DNA of 64,000 bases from contig CM022672.1 in NCBI GenBank assembly GCA_012295275.1, positions 15,438,001 to 15,502,000 of the forward strand, in the 5' to 3' direction. The position numbers and the translations under genes were made by a program. Source of the DNA: Chrysomallon squamiferum (taxonomy: Eukaryota > Animalia > Mollusca). Positions 53,039-64,000 of the stretch are shown here, piece after piece. Numbering within the stretch: the first letter of the stretch is position 1; each line of letters starts with the position of its first letter. Below the pieces are notes generated by a model. That model did not search any database and was not told the DNA's origin. It saw only the letters and a list, made by a program, of their open reading frames with translations.

Positions 53039-55671
53039 GTTGTGTATACTGTGAAAAAAACCACAGAAACTAAATGGACAGAAATTTATGAAAACAAACA
53101 GCCATAACCTTTCCAGGAATGGTGTAATTTGAAATCAAAATCTTATAGCTACTTTTAGCAAAATACATTTACTTAGTCCTTTCATTTTGTTTATTTATTG
53201 AGAAAATTGTTTGTCTGACTGATTGCTGAGGTATTCGGGACGTTGGAAAGTTAAATAAAAAAATGTGAATGAGAAAGAAAACTGTAACAGACATTTGTGA
53301 TAAGACTGGGCATTTATATCTGTGCTTTTTTTTTTTTTTTTTTGATTGAGTCATTCATCACAGATTTGTTTTATATTTTCTGAAATTTTCATCTCTATTT
53401 TGAATGTATTCACCATTTTCAGAAGCATTGTTTTAAAATATGTTTTCTGTTTCAGATTAGCATTCTGAAACCAGTAGTTTTAGTGAAAAGATTTTTTTAT
53501 GAAAACTTCACTTTTATTTTTCATTCTATTTTTTTACTGTTGTTTATTTTTTTTTTTTCCAAGTGTGTGTTTTAAGTTTCTTGCTTGTATCAAAGAATTC
53601 TATTGATTAAATTACTTTCCATTACTAATTATTGAGCATTGCCATTATCACAGTATTATGCATCAAGTTTTAATAATAATCAGTGGAATAAAAATGATTT
53701 TAATCATTCTGGAATCAGTCTGCCAAAATATCAGAGTTACAGTTTAAAAAAAATAATAATAAAAATTAAATATGAAATAACAAATTATTTAGTGTTTACA
53801 GATATAAATTTGAATTTTACTCCCCTTTTTTTTTTGTCACACATATATGAGACAAAACCATTTTAAAAACTTTTTATTTTTACTATTTGAATTGTAAAAT
53901 TTGGTGAACAGAAATAAATTAAAAATATATATAAATATTGAAACAAGTCTGAATTTTATTTTTTTCACTATTGTTAAGAGAATCTTTTGATTTGTTTGTA
54001 AATTTTAATAATTTGTAGAAATTACATTATTTTTAAAACATTGAATGGAGCAACTGCAAGTATGCTAGATACATGTATGTTTAGTTAGCATTTTGCAGCC
54101 ATTTTATTTTTCAAAAAAACATTCCGTCCACTTTGCTGTTTTTGATATTCTTTGTAATGTTTTCATGTGATACTTATAACTGAAATAAAATTGTTGATTC
54201 AGTATAAAAATAATTTTTAATATTGTTATTGGTTTTTTTATACAGTGTATTTAATCATTAATGTTTGAAATGGTATCCAGATATCATGTAAAATGTGCTT
54301 GTACATTCTTAAGATTCAAGATAAGGGAAGTAATTGCTTTCAGTGAATTGCCAGTTTGAGTTATCCCAGTTTTCAATGCTACACTACACAGCTATTTTGC
54401 ATCCCTGATTGATAGTGGCTAAAACTGAAAATGATATGAATATGTTTCTTAGTTTGTATATTCTTTTTTTTCTTTTCTTTTTTTCACAAGTAAAAAAAGA
54501 ATTTAAAATAATCATAACAATAACAACTCTCTGATTATAATAAAACATAAGATAACAAGACATTTCATGTTTTTATTTAATATTGACCGAAAGCACTCTT
54601 GGTATACAAAATTATAAATAAAAATAAGTAGTGAAAATAAGAAAGTAAGAAACCTTCAACAACATAATGTCTGCTGACAGTATATGAATTATACAATGAA
54701 ACCTCTGATATTAACAGAAATAATAACTGGATGTTACAAACTAAATTGTAAGAACATAAAACAAAATTTCTTCTTCTTCTACATCCCCCACAAAAAAAAA
54801 TTATATAAATATTACAGACTTAATTATTCTACACATAAGAACATTAGAAAAAATGTTATATATATATATATATGTTTTAAGCATTATTTTTATCTTATTA
54901 GAATAAAATATGAATAATTATTAATGGATTTTTTTTTTCTTTCTTTTTAATTCAGATTTTTAATAGCATAATAATAACTAAAGTAAAATGTGGAAAACTT
55001 ATATGATTTTACAGATTTCTTTTAAAGGCAAGCAGTTTAAACCTTTGGGTTACAAGACTAAATACTTGGCAGCCTACTCAATATTAAGTCAAGCATTTAA
55101 AATTTATGATGGGTAAAATAACTATTTTTAAGATTTTTCCTTATATTCTTTTTCTCACATTTAAACCACTCTAACCTTTGAAACCATCCACACCTTATTA
55201 TCAACCAAGCCAACGATTGGCTAAAAATGTCCCATGATGCACAGGGCTTCATCTTCAACAGGTAATATCTTCTTTTTTCTTTCTCCTTCATTTTCAATAT
55301 CTGGATGTCATTATGATTTTTTACTGAATCACAGTAATACAGTTTTCTTCATTGTGTGAAAAACATCAAATTAGAAGCATTAAATCAGTTTGAAAAAAAT
55401 AAAAATACTGATTAAAATGAATAATAAAAAAAAGATTTTGCTGATTATGAAATTTTTAAATCATAAGAATTTGAGCACAATAATGTAAAAAATAAAATAA
55501 AGTAACTCTGGTTACCTTGAATGTTTCCATTCTATCTCTGAAATAAATTAATCAGTTTTAATCTTTTATCACATATATTAATACATTTTTCAAAAACTGC
55601 CATTAATGAAAAAAAAAAAAAAAATGAAGATGTTCTTAAAATAATACTGAATCAATAAATGTTATCCATTT

Positions 55672-55924
55672 TTATCCATTTTTCATACTCTCTTTAATAA
55701 GCTTGTCAATTCCAAGTTGTTTGTGAAGCAATGGTACATAGCTGTCAAACTGAGCTAGGAAGAAATTTCCTGCTATCAGTTTACCCAGTTTGTGTTTTTT
55801 AATAAACGTTCGGACTTTGCGATTAGCTCTTCCCCGACCACTTTTATTTGTCAGCTTCTGTTCTGCAAATTTCTTTTTACCATTCTGCTTAAACACGAGA
55901 AATACATAACGATGATGGCCTAGA

Positions 55925-55967
<43 letters not shown>

Positions 55968-57395
55968 TAATGATAATGATAATAATAATGATGATGATAT
56001 AATTAATAATAATGTTATTAATGATAATGATGACAATGACAATGATAATTATTATGATGATGATGATAACTGATAATAATAATAATATTTATTAACGTAA
56101 TGTTTAAATAAAGTAAGTTTTTTTTTAATCCTTTTCTGTATTTTCAAGCCATAGGTTTTGTTCTGAACAGAAAATGTTCCCATTGTCGTAATATGTCCTG
56201 TGCTACTACAGAAAACACTGTTTAAATTATATTTTATTTAGACATTCTCAATACGGCACTTGATAACAGAAATAGACATCTTGTTATAACTCTGTGCATT
56301 ACAACAGCTAACAATGACAATAATAATAAAAATAATAATATATGAATTTGTAATGTACCCCACACACCATATTTGTGTCCTGTGTACAACAGTGGTAAAA
56401 TATTTCCATGACAAAAAATGTATAACACTGTCTAGGGAGTAATTCACTGTAAATAAACATACAGTCACCTAAACAGAATTATGAGATAAAGTTAAAATCA
56501 CAACCACAACACTAGAAGTCAAAATTAGTGAAGAATTTAAATGGTATAATTACAAAAAATTTATGTTAATATTTGATACCTGTTCCTTTTGGTGGTCCTG
56601 CACCTACATATTCTGCTACAGTCTCTCCTTGACTGATATTGATACCAGGAATATTGACAACACACCAGTGAAGCCATTCTCCAAACTTGGGATCTTTGCG
56701 ACTTGGTGCATCTATGTCTAATAAATATATTCATTAATTAATTATTTAACAAACAAACAAACAAATAAATAAATAAATGATAAAAAATGAAAATAATAAT
56801 AATAATTATTATTATTGTAGAAATGTATTTTAAGCATTAAAATTTGTAATCAAGATCTGAACATAGAGGCTACAACTTAAATATATAAAATGTTTTCATA
56901 TTTCTGATAAACTGTTCTGACATATGACTACAGAATACAAAAATTATTATCTTGGATATATCAGAATATATTTAAATTATTTGCTCATAAATAATAGTAA
57001 AACAATTACCACTCATAACAAGTGTATAATAGGCGCCTGCTTCTGCATCATAGGTCACATCTGGTTGAACTTTCACTTGCGTTGGGGTCAAGGTCATCCC
57101 AGGAATTACTACTTTTGAACCATACCTAACCTATAATGGATAACAAATAATAAAGTTTCAAATTACTGTTGACTAAATTTTTTAAAAATTTAAAATAAAA
57201 AAAGTAATAAAATTGTTATTTCTTTGCATTTCAAGCCTGTATATTTCTAAAACATTTTAAGTAATTGTTAAGAAATCAAATATTGTTAAACTTAGTTTTA
57301 ATCTAATATGCAAACTGTAAATGTTTATAAATAAATATTTTTTTATTTGGTAATAGTTTTATTTTTAATTTGTTATTTATAATAATAATAATAAT

Positions 57396-57448
<53 letters not shown>

Positions 57449-59724
57449 TATTAAGTAATTAAACATTTTAAAACAGTGTATTGAGACCATAGACAAAATG
57501 GCGACTTCCATGATCTCTAAATTTGGTATTAGGGGAATAAATTGGATATTAAAGTATAAATTGTGACCATCAGTCAATGATAAAAATATGAAAATTAAAG
57601 GTAAATTAACTTTGCGATAATACCGTTAATAACGTAGGTGGGGGAATGTCAATTATATCTGGTACGACACCATCGGCTTTGAATTTCTTGTTTATATATT
57701 CCGTCCTTGAACTTGGAAATGGAATAAAGGTATCTGGTAGGGGTGATTGGCTAAATATTTTCTGAAAAATACAGAGACAGTCATAAATGATTTATCATGC
57801 AGTTTAATTCCATATTACTAGTCATAATCATTCTATCTTAAGAGTTGTTTTTTTAAAATATTTTTATTATTAATATTTTTAAAATGGCGATTTGCCAAAG
57901 CCTAGCCAACTGCTGGTTTGTTTTTGTGGGTGACGTCACGGTAAGATGGAAGCTGATGTGTTTTGGTTTTGATAGAAATAATGACTAGTATTTGTGGGGA
58001 GATTAAACCATATATATTGAACTTCCAGTGGTATATTTGCCATATTCTGACAGAAATCACGTCTATTAGTGATGTCTGGTGAGAGACTGGTTAACTCTTA
58101 CAAAACGAGAAGACAAATGTATTGGGCAGACAAGGACAAGAAAATTATTACTGCAAAGGTGAAATGTGGTTGATGTTTTCCTTATATTACTTCTGTGTCA
58201 TTGACCTTGCCACAAATATGTATATGTTATATTCTTAATTTGTATACATTTATTACTGCTGTCTTATATGATAATTATGGACCTGTATTCATTAACATGT
58301 TGTTTTAAAATTTATATTGATATTATTGTTGTTCTTATTGTTATTATTATTATTGTACAAATACCATACATCAGAAAGCAATTATGAGAACACAAAAAAA
58401 ATTACTCCTATAAAATAGAATTAATGTAATTTATTGTTTATTAAACAGTAAACATTCATAGTGGCATTTATGATTTAATTTTTTTCACTTATCACTTTAA
58501 AGTTATTTTGTTTTTATTAAACACCAGTCATAGTTGTCACTATACAGTATACCATTTATTGATATAAGCAGAAAGATTTTATAAAATATTTTAAATGTTT
58601 TGATAACTGCATTAATACAGATTATGTTACAATGCGGAATAAAAACACTGTTTATAAATATTCAGAATCAATCTGTTAACATAAAATTTGTGAATATCTG
58701 ATTAATGTAAATACAGTATTCACATGACATTATTTAAGCAAATAAATATATTTTATAATGTTAAAGCCTTAAGCCAGTTAAGGGCCTTCTAATTTGTAGT
58801 TTATAGATATTAACAATCTGTTTTAATTTCAGTATTTTCAGTATGTATAAAGTGATAAATGGAAGCTGATATTTTTGTTTCATCTTTTTGGTCATATAGT
58901 TTGAAATTAATTTTAAGAAAATAAAATCAAATGCTGTTGGTCTGAGAAAATAATTGCAAAGTTATTCAAATTATGTATTTATTTATTTTTGTAAAGAATG
59001 ACAAAAACAAAAAGCATGGTATATTTTCAAGAACATTATATGGCTGTAATTTATTAAAGTTATATCATCAATGTTTTTCTTTCTTTTCTTTTCTTTTTTT
59101 TGTATGAAAATACATTAAAATGGTCAAAGGTAATTCTTTGGTTTTATATATTTATTTTATAGTTTACATTAATATTGAGGGGGAAAAAGTGCATTTTAAT
59201 GTCATTAGTTTTCTTCAAAGTTTTCATGTTCTTTCAGTTTACTTGTCATTTTTGTGGAGAAGCAAGAAGCATTGCATGAAGTTATTTTCCAGTATTTGGT
59301 GTTGCAGGTTTGTTTGCTTTTAATGTATTTGTTTTGTTGTTGTTGTTTTTTTGTTCATTTTTTAAACCATACAATGCATGGTTTATAACTGCAGAGTATT
59401 AAAAACAAACAAATGAAAATACATTTTTAACTTTTTATGATTATTATTATTTTTTAAATTAGTATTGTCATTATTATATCAAGCAACAAAAAAGAAAATT
59501 AATTTTAAAAAAGACTTTTAATATGAAAATTAATATGATTATTAATATAAAAATGTTCACATTTTGCTTAATAAATCACCATTATATGTCATACTTACCA
59601 GTGCTTTGAAAAAAGGGTGATCTTTTGCAAACCACTTTGCTATTATAAAAGTTGCTCCTGGATTGGAAAAAACACAGTTGATTTGAACACAAACAATTAT
59701 TACTGTGCTCTGTATTAGATCCAT
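55672..59724 (-). CDS. Phosphatidylethanolamine-binding protein (PEBP/RKIP family), probably secreted, 5 coding exons, about 256 aa
   Basis: Exons (minus): 59724-59599 (inferred first exon, CTG|GTAAGT donor, hydrophobic N-terminus), 57761-57624, 57130-57010, 56717-56580, 55919-55672. PEBP motifs: [72 protein letters not shown]. The four downstream exons are secure; the first exon is less certain. Confidence 0.85.
57490..58165 (+). promoter_or_regulatory. Putative ZRANB1 promoter and non-coding first exon(s)
   Basis: YY1-type AAAATGGCGA near 57495 and 57880, CRE TGACGTCA at 57931-57938, plus-strand donors AAG|GTAAAT (57600) and AAG|GTGAAA (58158). The ZRANB1 ATG exon starts at an acceptor (61513), so an upstream exon is expected. 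Confidence 0.5.
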
Positions 59725-61532
59725 AATTATTTTTCCTCTCAGTTTCAGTACTGTCAAAGTAAACGTCTTTCTATTTTAGGCTCTTCTCTGCAAACTTGAA
59801 AGTGCAATGTATGAATTATTTTATAGCAAAATTCAGTTTTTAATCCTTCTTTTGTTTTGTTTGTCATGAAACACAGCACTACTTCCTCACTGTTGGTTAT
59901 TGATCATATTTGCAAGTTCATTTCCTTCAACAACTGAACACTGTTGGATTCTCACTGAGTCATTTTTATTTTAGTGGATGTGTATTTTATTTGATGAAAG
60001 CATTCTCTTACGGTATTTGGTTCATAGAGTAGGTTTTTAATTATTATTTAATATATATTTTACATTTAGTATATGTTAAACTTTTTTCTTTTTTTTTCTA
60101 AACAAGTTTTACCTGGTTTAATATCATTTAGTACTATGTTTCTCTGTTGGTTTTAATTAAAAAGGAAACGTTATATAACATACTGGGGAAAGTACTAAGT
60201 GCAGTGTGTTTTAGAAAAAATACATACATCTTCTTGTCTTTATATCAAGGTATGGTAATTTGATATACAGGTACCAGATCATTCATTCAATTGCTAGAAT
60301 AATCAGAAAAACACCTTTACAAATGTATTAATTTATGTCAATAGAATTTTGTTCTCTACTTTTCACAGTTTAAAACATATAAAATGCCTAAAAATCCAAA
60401 AGTTTTGGTCATAAATATATATATTAAACTTTTCTGATTGTTACCTGTAACATTCATTTATATTATTGCATTAAAAATGATTTGAACATTTTAAAATTGT
60501 TTAAACAATTTTTACACTGAGATTCGTGTAGAACCAAATTTGGAGAGAATAACTTGAAATAAAAATTGTTTTTACTCAATTTATTGATTTAAATACGAAA
60601 TTCATCACATAAAGAGCTATATTTTTGAAACTGTTCTATTCATTCATTCATATTTCAAAATATAAAAAAAAAAAAGGAACTTCCAGTGATAAGATTTTTA
60701 TTATGAATTTATAACATTATTTTATATTTGCTGTATAAAAGATTAGATTCAATTAGATTACAGTACTGTGACTAGGTTTGCAGTAATTTTGTATGACTAT
60801 TTATTATTATTATTTTTTTCTATTTATTTATTTATTTCTAATTTTGAGAAGAAAAAGAAAAGTGATAAAGAATGATGGAAGGCAATTATTTCGTCTTTGA
60901 AAAATGGTAATCCATCTTTGGTTGTAGCTGCATAGGAAGATATTTTTACTATAACACAATTTATGGTCATCTCTTCATCTTTTTATTTATTAAGTGTTTT
61001 CTCTTTGTGAAACTGTCAGAGGGATTTTGTCTTAATGAAAGGCTATAGCAGTTTTCTTATGTTAGTAATAATCCTATTAATAATAATGTAAGGCTTTCTC
61101 AGTGCTTCCAGTTCTATATCAATGCTGTAAATCATTCTTGTTCAGTAAATAATAAAAAGTATATAATATGAGAATTTAACAGAGGAAGAAGAACCGATAT
61201 GTAATTTCCCTTACTTGAGTTTGAATCACAAAAAGATTTATCATTTGTATGTTTGGGCTTACATCTTAAAAAAAAAAAAAAAACATTTATTGTTCATTTT
61301 GTTTGTTTGTCTTTCTTTCTTTTCTTTTTTTTTTTATTTATAAAGGTTTACCAGTCTAAATTATTAATTCCTTTATCAGAAAAGTAAGCCATTTTAAATT
61401 TTTTTTTTTTTTTTTTTTTTTTGTTATGTATATAAATGGGTGTTTAGTAAATATTAATTTTTCATTTATGCTTGTTTTATTTGTATTTCCACATCACTTT
61501 TCTTTCGTGCAGGTAAAGGCTGTGTGAGAACA

Positions 61533-63920
61533 ATGAGTGAAGCCAGGAAGTGGCCGTGTGAATACTGTACGTACGAAAATTTCCCAGTAGCCAAGCGATG
61601 TACACTGTGTCGTGCACCACGCCCCCTGCAGCTCATCACAAACACTGCCGACAATGAACAGGACATTTACAAAATGGCCCCCTTGGTCTCGCCTAGCAAT
61701 GCTCCAGCTTGTGGCACAAGTAAGAGCAGTGCGGACAACAAGTGGGCCTGTCACCTCTGCACCTACCTGAACTGGCAACGGGCTACCAAATGTTCTCAGT
61801 GCTTGACAGCAAGGAAGAAACCTTCTCCAGGCAGCATACAGCAACAACAACAACAGCAGCAGCAGCAGCAGCAGCAGCAAGACAGCATGAGTCCATTAAG
61901 TGTTAATGTGAACATAGAGGAAACAAACCCAGGACGAATCACACCAAAACGAAACTCACCAAACTCTCCAGAGGCAGCAAAGGCAATAAACAATGACATT
62001 AATAAAACAGTGGCAGCATTGTCCAACAGAAACACTGTCAAGTGGGCCTGTTATGCATGCACCTATGAAAACTGGCCCAAGACGTCGCGCTGCGTCTTGT
62101 GTGGGATTCCCAAGGCTGACTCTAATCTGGCAGCTGGTGGAAATGTTGGTGTTTTAAAAGAGACTGATTTCAAGAAGAGGGGCAGGGCGTCGCCAACAGT
62201 ATCGCACAGTCTGGACAGCATCGAATCGTATCAAGACGGGGCATCGGCAACTCCGACAACAAGTGACGACAGGAATCGGTCGGAGGAAAGAAAACTGAGG
62301 ATGTTGAGAAAGAAGCTGCGAGACAAAGACTGGCTGTGGCTGAATGCTTGCATTGGCGTGGCTGATGGCGACTCTAACGCTGTGCAAGCCTTCATAGCAG
62401 CAGGTGGTGACCCAGCACGACAGCTGACACAGGACGAAGTCATCCTTCTCAACAGACCTAGTGCTTTTCAGGTGGGCTACACCATTGTCCACCTGGCCAT
62501 CCGATTCAAGAGAGAAGACATGCTGGCAGTGTTGCTAACGGCGACTGATGTGGCAGCAAAGGCTGTGAAGCGTCTCCCCTCACACTCTAGTCCAGATCTG
62601 GCAACTGACATCCGACGTGAAATCCTCTCATCTCTCCGTCAGCGGAAAGGCGACTTCCCTTGTTTTTTCCTAGCAGACTGTGTCACGTTTGCACTTCCAA
62701 CAGGTAACAAACTGGAACAAATTTAAAAACTGCAATTACAGTCAGTCGAAATTTATCTGTAATGTGTAAATATGCACTTGTTTTAAATCTGTAGCATGGA
62801 TTTTTTGTGATTCTGTGACTTGTGGATATTTTTGTAGAAATTCAAATGCAGCATTTCTGAAGCCATAATATATTTTTATTATTAATATTACAGGATGCGT
62901 GATATTCGCTGATTAAAAGTGTTTTGGTTCATGGTAATCAGAATAATCTATATTTTTATATACATCTAATAAGAAAAACCTGTATGAAATCGTTGTAATC
63001 AAGGATTTCAACAAATTCAACATTTTTGGCCATTGTTATTTGACAGTCTTTCTTCTTTTTAAAAAAAAAAATGAACAAATGTGTTTCTTTTATCTGTCTC
63101 ATTTTATTTGAATATTTTTCTCTGGATTAAAGAAATGTAACTTTATTTACAGATATTGAAGATCTGCCCAGACATGTCCAAAGTCAGCTGTTTGATGAAC
63201 TGTTAGACAGAGAAGTACAAAATGGTGAAACACTTTCCACTATTTAGATATTATCTACATTTCTGTTTTAAACTGTACCAGAAAACAAACAGCCTAAACA
63301 AATATGTGTACTTCCTGATATAAGATAATTGCATAATACACTGTAATAAATACACACACACACACACACACTGAATTGCTAGACGTCCTATAGTTACATA
63401 TTAGATATCTAGATGATAATAAAATATAGCAATAATGTATTAAGGCCTAAACAAAAATCCTAATATTTCCCTTTTTTATCAATTTACGTATCATTAATCA
63501 TACATCATTTCAGATCATAATGTTTTTCTGATCAGTCTGAAATACATTTGTTGAACAAAATATATTTATTAATTAAAATTAGATTTTGAAACAAAAAATC
63601 TAATAAATTATACATGTTTAAAATTATTATTACCATATTAGTTTATCAATATCACCATCATCATCATCATTATTATTTTGACGTATTTTGATTACCGTGT
63701 TTTCCTTGTTTGAAATGTCAGAGCTGGAAGTTGAAGAAAACATAGTTAACTGGAGTTTAGAAATCTGTGATCGACTTGGCAGTCGCCTGTACCCTCTGTG
63801 GAACAGGACAGCTGGCGACTGTCTGCTCGACTCAGTGCTGCAGGCAACGTGGGGCATATTCGACATGGACAACGGCTTGAGACGAGCAATGGCAGACAGC
63901 CTCAACGAGGGTGCTATGAC
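61533..63920 (+). CDS. ZRANB1: ZRANB1/TRABID OTU deubiquitinase, 5' part (3 NZF fingers, AnkUBD, start of OTU domain); continues beyond the window
   Basis: Exons 61533-62703, 63153-63224, 63722-63920. Three W.C..CTY.N.....C..C NZF fingers, AnkUBD (WLNACIGV...GGDPARQLTQDEV...GYTIVHLAIRF) and catalytic motif LWNRTAGDCLLDSVLQATWG. Confidence 0.95.
61839..61880 (+). repeat. Coding CAA/CAG repeat, Q14, in ZRANB1
   Basis: CAG(CAA)4(CAG)8CAA between NZF2 and NZF3. Confidence 0.95.
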
Positions 63921-64000
63921 GTAAGAAACACTCCGCATTCAGTTTAATTCTTTAAAGTGTTTTTCACTTTTTATCTCTCTCCCTCTCTCTGTCACACAGC

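Noticed and set aside
61466-62492. Minus-strand ORFs with poly-L or poly-C
   Set aside because: Antisense shadows of the ZRANB1 exon and its CAG repeat.

Overview
AT-rich, intron-containing animal genomic DNA, probably invertebrate and possibly molluscan; the species cannot be determined from the sequence. Splicing exons by hand gives six protein-coding genes. (1) ADISSP/C20orf27 on minus, 29446->9568, with a GC-AG intron and a 16.7 kb last intron. (2) TNIP2/ABIN-2 on plus, 31830-37001, with a near-perfect NF-kB site upstream. (3, 4) Two tandem SPEF1 paralogues on plus, 38776-44561/45667 and 48742-53038. (5) A PEBP-family gene with a putative signal peptide on minus, 59724->55672. (6) The 5' part of ZRANB1/TRABID on plus, from 61533 off the window end. 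The most unusual structure is in the SPEF1 pair: one paralogue has two homologous 112-nt exons that can only be used one at a time in its CH domain, and the other has two homologous alternative last exons for its coiled coil. The PEBP and ZRANB1 5' ends also appear interleaved on opposite strands. Non-coding content includes two inverted Tigger/pogo derivatives, a Tc2-like MITE, a probable non-autonomous MULE-like element, degenerate minisatellites and many microsatellites. All gene models are manual predictions without transcript evidence.
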